Assembly: GCA_012295275.1 (NCBI GenBank)
Contig: CM022673.1
Coordinates: 13,702,001 to 13,766,000, forward strand
Direction: 5' to 3'
Source: Chrysomallon squamiferum
Lineage: Eukaryota > Animalia > Mollusca
Length of the DNA stretch: 64,000 nt
A model generated the notes under the pieces. The model had not been told where the DNA came from. It did not search any database and was given only the letters and a program-made list of their open reading frames with translations. Below, piece by piece: positions 53,304 to 64,000 of the stretch. Within the stretch, counting starts at the first letter, position 1; every line of letters starts with the position of its first letter. The translations under genes and the position numbers were made by a program.

Positions 53304-53614
53304 TATATATATTCAGTACTCATCTGTCTATCGCAATCTACATATATTTAAAATTATTTTTATATACAATGTAAATATTTATTTTTAAATTAAAAATTCT
53401 CACTGGTATCCAAAATATGATTTGGAACCTGGCCTCGTTTTGTAGGTTCCACGTAAACCATAGTATCTATCAAGAGTTCCGTATTATCGGCATCCTGGAG
53501 ACCTCCACCGGGATCACTCAAACTTCCAGATTCGTTGAAAGTTTCCATCTTTGAGCTGCTGTCATGTTCGTGTGGCGCAGCTTGCGGTCCAACAATGGAA
53601 TCTACAGTTGGCAT
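40747..53614 (-). CDS. CFAP221: Cilia- and flagella-associated protein 221 (PCDP1)
   Basis: About 23 exons, e.g. 53614-53404 (..VPNHILDT), 52805-52617 (ARPPVIHFEGF..HIIPPQTKYF), 52231-52136 (FTPDEWRYYYDCIRINC), ~51587-51487 (IPIHAYPVMD), 51203-51100, 50813-50657, 47384-47289 (LTRFQQAARK), 44954-44847 (RPLRTGAE), 43601-43500 (GWKKFPSQGL) and 40873-40747 (stop). These motifs match CFAP221. One frameshift at about 46247. Confidence 0.93.
50385..50670. repeat. 51-bp tandem repeat (about 5.5 copies) duplicating a CFAP221 exon end and its 5' splice site
   Basis: CTTGAGTAGACC starts at 50401, 50452, 50503, 50554, 50605 and 50656. The last copy is the real exon junction. Confidence 0.95.
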
Positions 53615-53709
53615 TTTGTATCAATTTAGAAATATTCACATGATGACAATCTATTTCTTAAGCTATAGAATCATTATCTCAAACATCAAATGACTGAAAT
53701 GTTATGGCT

Positions 53710-53719
53710 CCGCCATATT
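53710..53719. promoter_or_regulatory. YY1-consensus motif in the CFAP221 promoter (divergent CFAP221/SEC22A region)
   Basis: CCGCCATATT about 95 nt upstream of the CFAP221 ATG. ETS-like ACTTCCTG (~54707) and E-box CACGTG (~54748) lie upstream of SEC22A. Confidence 0.4.
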
Positions 53720-54125
53720 GTTTATAACCAAAGTGCCCGAAGAATTGCTTTCCGCAACTAAAAATAAAGGCCCTATTTACTTTTATCTTTGTGGCTGTAC
53801 ACGTTATAGATTTGTCACATACTCTTTGTTTATTTGCCTCTTATATATTTTATTCGATCTAAGTTATAAAATATACATTATATAGATAACATTTTATATT
53901 ACAAAAAAGGCGTATGAATATATGTTTCCATAGTTTCCAATTAGTCTCGTTAACATTTCTGTCAAACAGTGTGAACATACGCGAGCGCGCACACACACGC
54001 ACACACACACACACGCATCCATTATTATTATTATTACTAATACAGCGATAACAACAACCACGACCACCACAACAACAACAATAATATAAAAATAATAATC
54101 TTACTACTACTAGTACTACTACTGT

Positions 54126-54188
<63 letters not shown>

Positions 54189-54979
54189 AACTACAATAAT
54201 AATAAAAATTATTATTACTGTTTTCATAAATTGATTATTTAAATTGCACCAAATGTCATTATAATTAGAACAACCATGATGATGGTAATAACATATAATA
54301 TAATAATGATATATTATTATGTACATTAACATATCCATTGTTAGTTTATTATTATTGTTGTTGTTGTTCTTGTATTTTTAATTCACAGAAAGACATCACA
54401 AAATAATTCAAAGTTTTATTAGTAAAGATTAATCGTTATAAATAGTTTAAATATTAATTTGAACAAATTGTTTTTCACCAAACCCCAAAAGAACATTTTA
54501 AATAATCAAGCTAAATTATATAAGATTCATAATGATTGCAATTTTATAATATTTTATTATTGTTGTTGTTGTTGTCTATCTGTCTAGCTGTTCTGATTAT
54601 TTAACGTAATGGTACAAATATTGTGGACAGTAGCTGAAAAAGAAAGAAAGAAAGATTTTTTTTTTTTTTTTTTTGAAATCTTCTATTTAAAGATACAAAG
54701 AGTACCCACTTCCTGTTAATAAAGTTGTGTCTATTTTCGCAATATTACACGTGTACTCTGTTGTTAAATAAAGTGCCATATGTTCTGATGTGATGTGCAG
54801 TTTAAATTTTGAATAGATAAAACTGATTTAAATATTTAATGTCAGCATATCTTTGCTAAATGTATATGTAACGAAGTAAAAGAGTCACAGCGGTGGTTAG
54901 GTTTGGGTTGACCAGGAGTCAACATTTGGGAATTGAATTGATGTATTCAGTATTGCATCGAATATCGTGAACATTTATC

Positions 54980-57628
54980 ATGATCTATTTTGCGTTGATA
55001 TCGCGGATGTGTGATGGTCTTCCACTTGCGGGAACTACAGATGTATCGCTTCATGATAAAGATCCTGATTTTAAAGGTGGCCTACAAAGACCTAAAGCGT
55101 GTTACTCGCAAAAGTGACAAATTCCCAGATCGCTGTACATATACACCAAACAAATACAGCATCCAGTAAGATAAATTATTTCTTCTATGTGCACACATTA
55201 GACTCATTTCTGTTATAGTGAATGTTCCACACCTTGTTTATTAAATACTGTGGTATGTGTGTCCACTCTGCAGAAGAATGAACATAAACAAAGTTCTTGC
55301 TATTTAAAGAGTGTTCACAGACTAATGATTGCAAGTTTCCAGTTACATGTCATCATTATTAAATTTTCAAAACTAATTTGTAATGACGTATGTTTGATAT
55401 GTTTTAGGATATTGTTAAATATTTTTATCTTTTATTATTATTATTATTATTTTTCAGTTTTGTTAGTGCCCTGGGTTTGACTTTCAGTGTTATTTGTGAG
55501 TCATCATATCCAGCTGTGCTTGCATTCGCCTTTCTGGATGAAATTGAAAAGGAATTTTTGATGCAATATCAGTCTGAGAAAAGACAAACAGCTACGAGAC
55601 CATACACATTTATAGAATTTGGTATGATTTGTCTTTTTTTTCAAAATTCTTTTGTACATAGAATTAAATTTCAGTTCAATTGTTGCCATAGCATTCTGAT
55701 AACATTTTTAAAGAAATTGTTATTAGGTATAATATATTTATTTTATTTTATTTTTTGTCTTTTTAACAAAAATGTATACAAAATATTACTGAGGCTTGTC
55801 TTAACAAATTAGTAAAGTTTCTTGCAAGTATTTTGTAATACCAGTATAGAGAGAAAAATGAAATAACATTTTTTTTTTTTTTTTTTTTTTATTCATTTAT
55901 TTTTGTGATTAATAATATTCTATATTTACAGTTAAAATAATTATTTGAACTAATGTACATTTTAGACACGTTTTTGGAAAAAACCAGATCACGATACAAA
56001 CATCCACGTTCCTTGACAACCAAACTGGATCTGGCAACACTGAGTCAGGAAATCCACCTGCGTCCACCTTACAACATCAGTCCTGAAGAAGTGAACCCAC
56101 CTGTCAGAAACTCAGTTATTTCTAATTCATTTCGAACTTCAGGTACTCACCAGACAAATCATATTATTATAATATATATATCGTTATATGTAAATGTTTA
56201 ATAATGATACTGGCCACTGGAATAATGTTTTCTTCTGAAAATATTTTATTTTTAGTTATCTGTTTTTATATTCAATCCTGATGCAAAATTTTAAGTTAAA
56301 TATTCCACGTTGTTATATTTTTGCTTATTGTTAAAAGAATTGAAATAAATTTAAAAATTAAAATAATATATGTATTTTTTTTTCTACTATGATAATTATT
56401 ATTTTTTTGATTTGATTACAGAATTTATTTCTAAATTCCCCAACACTTACTTACTAGTGTGTATAAAATTCTCCCCTGTTATCTTTAAAGAATCCCTCTT
56501 GTGCCAGTTTTATTTCTTTTATAATTATTTTTATTTTAGCTACATCACACAGACATTTTGTTCGACTGGGGTTGTTTGGCTGGGTTACTGTAGGTCTTAA
56601 TGTGTTTTGCTCTCTTCTGAATCTCACTAGAGCTATTTTTCTCATGAACGAAGGTCATATAGATGTGAGTAAAGGTTTACCTTTTAGGCTTAATTAAATA
56701 AATTATTTATGTTATAAACTCACATGCAGATTGCTAACATTAACACTGGTAAAGTCAGCCACAGATTTCTAAAAATATGCAGTTGTAGCTGAATTCATTT
56801 GAAGTGACAGAAAAAAAAGTGCACAATCAATCAATAATAACATAAAAAAAATGTCTAGTATTTAAATATTATGAATACAACAGTTATCATTCAGTCTACA
56901 GCCTTTCTCTAATTTATATATATATATATATATATGTATTCATACATAAATACATCTATATATTTATTTATTTATTTAATTGCTTATTTTTCAGGATTAT
57001 GATAGTGACGTTTTTCAGTTTGGTGCTCTTTTTCTATTATGCAGTTTATTTTTTTGTTATCAGGTATGATTTTTTAATTATTATTTTTGCAGTAAATAAT
57101 ATATTTTATTCAAATTTAAAATTTCAAAAAACAAAATTAAAACAATTGAAAAACGAATATTAAATATTGTCAATGGAAAAAGTTATAAAATATTTTTAAA
57201 AAAACAATAGATAAGATGTTTAGAATTTTATCATATAAGTCATTTAATAATATTAACATGAAATAAATGAGTTAAGTTTATGACATTGATACTTCATAAA
57301 TTTCATCATCATAGGTGATTTTGATATTTTTAATAGTTAAAGCAAAATAATAAAAAATATAAATATGTATACATGTGCGTGTGTAATTATACTTGTTATG
57401 AAATAACTGAAATTTTATTCCCTGCAGATCTATTTGATGTGTTGGCCGACAAACATGCGTAAGCCTCTAGCGTGTGCTACTCTGGGAAGCATATGTTTGT
57501 GTCAGTTGTATCTGTGGGAACACAGGACAAGTATACAGATGTTGTTTCACATCACAGTCAGCTGTACTGCGACTTTTGTTATATTCACTCGACAGATACA
57601 GGAAAAGTTACCACAATACAATTTGTAG
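54980..57628 (+). CDS. SEC22A: Vesicle-trafficking protein SEC22a (longin domain plus C-terminal transmembrane helices)
   Basis: Exons 54980-55165 (MIYFALISRMCDGLPLAGTTD..FPDRCT; +1 frameshift at ~55073), 55458-55621 (YPAVLAFAFLDEIEKEF..RPYTFIEF), 55965-56142 (RYKHPRSLTTKLDL..LRPPY), 56540-56664, 56995-57063 and 57428-57628. The motifs are closer to SEC22A than to SEC22B or SEC22C. Confidence 0.9.
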
Positions 57629-60600
57629 CTGCAGAGTTATCTCTTCACATATTCTGATTATATTGTTAAATATCTCAAAGATATCACAAGATTCTTTATA
57701 GCTAAAGAATTGTCTCTCCATTTTTCTTGATGACATTGTTAAGCATCAGAAATATACTGCAGTACTATTTACTGCAGAAGAGTTAACTTCACATATTTTC
57801 CACTAACAATGTTATATACCAGAAAAATAATACCTTAGTATTTATAAAACTGAAGAATTATCTCCTGTTTTCTTAATAACATTATTATATTTTTGAAATA
57901 TGTACAACAGGACTATGTATAGCTTAAAGGTTATCTCCACATGTTTTCAATTAATATTGAATAGTTGTCTGTTCTTGTCTTTATAACACTGTTGTGTATC
58001 TCAAATGTACTGCATTTGGAATTTCACAATTGTGACATGGTGCAAGGCTACACCCCTTCAACAGACTGCTTGCACAAGTTGATGAGGAATTATGGACAAG
58101 ATACTGCAAGTATTGTAAGAACATGATTTAATTTCAGGCATCTGTGATACATTGCTTCATTCATTCCAAAATACTACTAGAATCTCACTTTTGTGTGCTG
58201 ATTGTAACATGATGATTAGCTCAGAAGTTTTGTTTATACTAACAAACATCTGTGACAACTACAGACAGATCTAAGTAACTTAATATTAAATGTGATGTGT
58301 GTGAAAACATATCCGACATTCTACACTGCTGATATAATTAACTTCATTTAATTTTAAAAATCTGCTGTGTTTATCAGAACATTATCCAGTTAGCATGAGT
58401 TAAAGAAAGTGTTGGGTAAATGAGATATATAAAAACCATTTGTGAATAACAAAACCATATTATTATTTATTACAAACTTAGCTTTAATATGACGTGGTGA
58501 ACAAAAAAAATTAGGGATCATGAAATATTACCTTTCTTTTATATTCTACACATATATGAATTACTGATGTTAAAAAACAAAATTGATTTATTACAAAATT
58601 TACTCTCAGATTCAAATTAGTTGTCTGCAGTGGACAAGCCTTCAAAACATTAAAAAAAAAAAAAAAAAAATTGTTCCATGATCCCTTCATTTTTTTTTTT
58701 TATCTATATATATTTGTATTAACATTATTATAATCATATATTATTATGCTTGACCCAGTTATGGGGGACATGTTTAGGGCATCTGTGTAAAATATCCCCC
58801 CAAAAAAAAATGGTTTTTTTTTTTACAAAATCTTGCCATACATGTCTTTTACAACTTTCTATATCCTTGTAACATCTTAATGTGGCCATGTGTGTCATCT
58901 CATTACTATTAAAATGAATACATGTATATATACATACACATACATACATAAAGTGAATTTAACATTTCATGTAGGGCATTTGTTAATGACAATTTGTTCA
59001 ATGTTTTTATTTTCTGCTTAAAAGTCAGCTTGTGAAGTCATGATCATTGTATTCTAGTCAAACTGATCTTTCAGTACATTGCAATTTTCTGTTTTTGAAA
59101 TTTATAGTATGTTTATCATTCAAGAAAGAGAACTAATAAAAACTGAGTTTTAATCCTTGTAAAACATGACACTGATTGCATGTAGATACCCCTAAAATTA
59201 CATTGCATTGTGTGATTGTTTATATATACCATTGGCATATACAGTGACTAAATTCTTATTAATATAAAAAAAATCTGTTGTGAACTGTAACAAATAAAAT
59301 ATACACATCTGCAAAAAAAAAAACCCACCTCAGCTAATGGAGAGTAATTTTTCACTCCTTACAGAAGACAAAGTATGAAACTGTTTTTCTTGTCATAGTC
59401 TTACATATTAAATCAGAAGTCATGTTTTGCCTTCACTGATAACAATATTGCAATAAAGTTATACATATATGTACATTGATAGATAATTTAACCGTTTATG
59501 TGAAATATAATTTTTATAGAAATGTAAATATTTTTTAAGGTTGTCTTGTTTTGTTGTTCTTTTTGCATCAAAATTTTTCCCGAACATGAAGAGAAAGTTG
59601 CTTGATGTCTTATTCTCAAGTAGTTGTATGTAATTTCAAAACCTAAACAAACTCCCAAACCTCTGAAAGACACTACCATTTTCCCAGATACTGAAATCAC
59701 TGAGAACTAGCTGAATGGGATTTCATAAAGAGGACATAATAAATAAATATCTTGAAGCTGCATCCCAGTGTAAATAAATATACAGATGATTTAAAAATGA
59801 TGTCTTCAAAGTTCTACTTTCCAAAGTATTTTAAAAGAAAATGAAATGAGCTTCATTAACAATCAAGTAACTAAAAAACTTCTTTAAGATTTTTATTTAT
59901 TTATAGCATGTACGAGTGTAAAATTTATAATACATTATTAGTTATTTATACAAAACTGACAAATATCCAGTCACACGTCATCAGTAACCAGTCACCCATA
60001 CTGGGACCAACTCTCTTTTTCTGAAGTACCTATACACTAAAATATAAATTACAGGTTTAAAAACATATCACCCACCAAAAATAGATTCATATATATAAAA
60101 GTAATAAAATTAAAAAATAATATAATAATAACAATGATAAAAATAAAAGAGAAATAAAAATTAAACAAGGGTGAAAAAAAAACTATACACTGTCTAAATA
60201 TAAATTATCAGAAAACAAATTATGATTTTATTGTAAACAGTAAACAACTTATCGCTTGTGAATGGCAGTTAAAAACATTGTGGTTTGAAAAATCAACAGT
60301 AATATCTATAAATGCAAATCAAAACATTTTTTTTACAATAATCACATATAACAATAATTAGTGTTTTTTATTTAATAATCATCTTTTTAAATGATGAACA
60401 CAGAAATAATAATATGGTTTTGCTGATGGATGTAAAACAAAAACTTGACACATGCTCAGTTTTTATCAGCTAAAGGGTTTTAATTAAAACAAGAACGTGA
60501 TAAATGAAATGCTATTATATATAAATAAAGAGATAACTTTAATGATATTTTCATGGCAAAAAAAATAAAATAATAATAACAATAAAATGTGTAAAAACAG

Positions 60601-61195
60601 AAAAAGTAAAAAGATATTTCAGTTAAAATTATTACCTAATAAATCAAAAAAATAATCATATTTAGTACAATAAAACAAACACCCTACTGTCATTAAGATT
60701 TACCTGTAAACAGCTGGTTTTGTGTAACTATATTAATAAAGCTAAACATTAAATTAAGATAAATATAGTAAACATTTTCTTGAACCTTGCTAAAGAAATA
60801 ATAAATAAATAGAAATGATTTAATATATAACTTATGAAAACTCACATACAATAAAATACACATTTTGTAAAAACTTTGCTAGTCAATACACTTGATTAAA
60901 AATAAATATCTTATAAACTGATTTGTGTACTTATCATACATTCAGGATTAATTCAATATTATCAGATATGCACAATGAATTTGTTACACTGTCAGTATGT
61001 TAATCTGAGTAATAAAAATAATCAAAATCATCATCTCGTGTAGAAATAAGTAAATTGTGGTGGGGTGGTGATATGATTTAATCCATGATACACATTGACA
61101 ATAGAATAATTAATGATAATATACATCCGAGAATAGTTATTAAAAATTAAAATGTACACTGGGTAAAAACAAATGTATTAATTAGCGTCAACACT

Positions 61196-64000
61196 CTACA
61201 TTGCTTTCATCTTCATCATCTTCATCTTGGGCTGTTTCTTCTTCATCTCCCTGCGACTTTCACGATCCTTGGTAAGAAAGACAGCAAATATTAACACATT
61301 TTAGATTCAGAATTTCTAGATAGGTACTAACACAAGAATCTATAATCTTAGGATCTTGAGTACAATCAGCCTGGCGTCTAAAAACACTGACAGTTAAATA
61401 TGAACCTAGTCAAATGGACAGATTTATGTCTGAATATATCAATGTGGTTACATGACTTCAAGCAGAAAGAGTTGGTTGTTAAGAATTCATAACATTATTA
61501 TTCCCCTTCTTGTAGTCCATCATTCTTTGAAAATGATAGATGTATTGTAATTAATGTTATTCCAGGTTAACTTCAATATATGTACAGATAAACACCGAAA
61601 TATTTAAGGCATTTTAAACAATATTAAAATTTCTACTTACTTCAAATATATATATATATATATATATATAAAAACTGATATATACAAGAAATTTCTACAA
61701 TATTATAACTTCAACTTACTTAGAAGTTCTTAGAATATATATATGGTAAACAATCATATATAAAAAAAAGGTATTAAACAGTATTATAGTTTCTACTTAC
61801 TTCAAGTTCTTAGAACATACATATGGTAAACAATCATATACAAAAAAGGTATTAAACAGTATTATAGATTCTACTTACTTCAAGTTTTCTTGCCTTGTCA
61901 GGGTCTTCCTCATTGAGAAGTCTTTCTTTCTCCGCACGTTTCTTCTCTTCTCTGCGAGCCTGGGCAGCTTCCTGTCTCTGAGCGTGCGTCGCCTTCAGCA
62001 GCTGTTCTTCAGCTTTGTGACGCTTCTTCTCCGCTTTCAACTTACCCTAGAAAACACAGTTTCAAACATACATACTTCACAGTCTCATTTCAGTGTATTG
62101 GGAAAAACAATGGTTTATAATTTGGTTTCCTTTTCCAGTCTTTTTGAAACCTAATCATTTAAAATGGTTTGAGTTAAAACTCTGGAATTAATGACCAGTT
62201 AGAGATATAACCAAAACAAAACAATTTGTTTTTAATTTTCACTCGTGTATATGAGGATAAATATTATTTTAAATATGAACGTGAATGACAATCTAGTAAA
62301 GAAGAGAATAATATTCAAACTTTTTTTTTATTAAACAGTACAGTGTGGAGCTGCAGTTTCATTTTACCACTGAATAACTCTTTTATTATTTTACTTTTCA
62401 CTTTCTCAGAAATTGTGATGATGACGAAGCGTTGTAGTTTAAATTAGCAGTGACAAACACTTTAATTTTTGTCAGAAACTAACATGAAAATAATATGAAA
62501 TGTTACCTCTCTGGAAAGCTGGAATCTGCCAATCTTGTCGATAAAATAAAACACAAGCTGCATCAGTGGTTTCATAAATTCCATGTCAGATGTCTTTGTC
62601 TTTCCTTTGCCTGGAACTGTGTGGTACAAATATTTTATAAAATAAATGATCTAATATCTAGGTCATAATTTAATCAATTAAAATGCACTGTTTGCAACAA
62701 TTAGCAAGTATACATTTTAATTATCTTCACCTGTGATTTTATTTATCATTGTTCATTGCTAATGTGTGAGAGGTATATTACAAGGAGATGCATATACAAC
62801 TGTTACTGTATATATTAAGTGGACAAACTTTTCACCATATGAAATAAAGGTAATATTATTAGAGAATATGAAAAATATGTTATCTTAGCAAAAAGGAAAT
62901 ATTTTTTTGGAATACATATCAACTACAAGGCAGATAAATGTTTCTATCAAGTTTTCTCAAGTACATTTTGAGTTATTCATGCATGTACAAAATTCAATTA
63001 TGTAAGCAGATTTCTGAAAATAAATGAAATTTAATTAAGTAGAAAGGGCATTTCATAATTACAGTATCTCTCTCTTTTTAAGGTTGTGATAAAATTATTT
63101 ACCATTAAAACAGAACAGCAGGACAGCCTTGGCAGTGGGCAGTTTGGCTGGCTGTGAGTCACTAAAAATATAAACATCAAACAGATGTAAGATTTACACA
63201 CACACACACACACACACACCTATATATATAATATTTTGTGGATCACTAAAACATCAACTTCTGTTCAGGGCAAAATTTCAGACTCTAGGGGCCTAGCTAT
63301 TTGCAAACTGTCAACATATGTTTTTGAAGTAAAATAGATGTTAACTGTTCTTTTTCTGAAAGTAAAATCTGATCTGAGACTTGCTACTTACTCCTGGTTT
63401 TTCGGTCCAGAATACTGATCAGAGAAATGTATATATTCGATCAATCCTTCATACTTCGTCAAAACCTGACACACCTTCTTGTCAAGAACAGCAGCAGTGA
63501 CCTCTCCCATCTCAGTCAGTATCTGATAACTGTTTGGAATATCATACTTCTCCACCGCTTTCTTCTCTGTAAAATAGTTCTGTAAGCAAATAATAACAAC
63601 AGTAATACTGTCAATAATAATTATAATAAAAACAGGTAGGGATCCACACACAGTGAGATATGTAGATAATTTGTTATTCAGTCAGTCGGTATGTTGTGCA
63701 TAACTCAGATAATTCAGGCTAACAAATGACATAATTAAGAATACATTTTACTCTGTTTGATGTGAATTTCAACAAGTTGAATAACAGCATGAAGAATAAA
63801 TACAGTACATCAGATATATAATCTAATAACCAAGTGTAAAGAGAGGTAGAAAATTTCAAGTTAGGGGTCTGAATAAGAAATAATCTGACAACAGAGTTAG
63901 GAAGATTAATGCAGTGAAAGACAGAACTTACTAAATCTAACATGTCTTTGTGAAGCTTCACTGCAATCTTTCTATTGGCTACAGCAAAAACAAACTTCTC
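61196..64000 (-). CDS. CCDC47: PAT complex subunit CCDC47 (calumin), 3' part; the gene continues beyond the window
   Basis: Exons 64000-63932 ([17 protein letters not shown]), 63567-63392 ([22 protein letters not shown]), 63161-63103, 62617-62507, 62046-61879 ([37 protein letters not shown]) and 61267-61196 (..[11 protein letters not shown]). Confidence 0.95.
61631..61890. repeat. ~79-bp tandem duplication spanning a CCDC47 5' splice site
   Basis: ACTTACTT (minus-strand AA|GTAAGT) at about 61635, 61714, 61795 and 61873, with the flanking ATATGGTAAACAATCATATA..GGTATTAAACAGTATTATAG duplicated. Confidence 0.8.

Noticed and set aside
62405-62480. GTGATGA C-box-like motif in a CCDC47 intron (possible snoRNA)
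   Set aside because: It is on the strand opposite the host gene and has no correctly placed D box or terminal stem.

Overview
AT-rich, microsatellite-rich animal genomic DNA. Gene content suggests a mollusc, probably a gastropod (inference). Almost all ORFs in the supplied track are artefacts of simple repeats, and the real genes had to be rebuilt by hand from spliced exons. Seven genes are supported. (1) A 29-coding-exon secreted astacin metalloprotease on + (1294-19132, about 1320 aa) with the architecture signal peptide - acidic DGSGD-repeat prodomain - RRKR - astacin - EGF - apextrin/ApeC - CUB - kringle - ShK - sushi - C-type lectin - ShK - sushi - unassigned C-terminal domain. (2) A convergent minus-strand Gly/Asn/Met (GGNNGMM/I) repeat protein resembling shell-matrix proteins. 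(3) A Spot14/MID1IP1-family gene. (4) A GPI-anchored Ly6/uPAR three-finger protein. (5) CFAP221/PCDP1 on -. (6) SEC22A on +. (7) The 3' part of CCDC47 on -. Four single-base frameshifts in short homopolymers (two in conserved genes) suggest assembly indel errors. Several tandem repeats duplicate splice sites. Exon coordinates were read by eye and may be off by a few bases.
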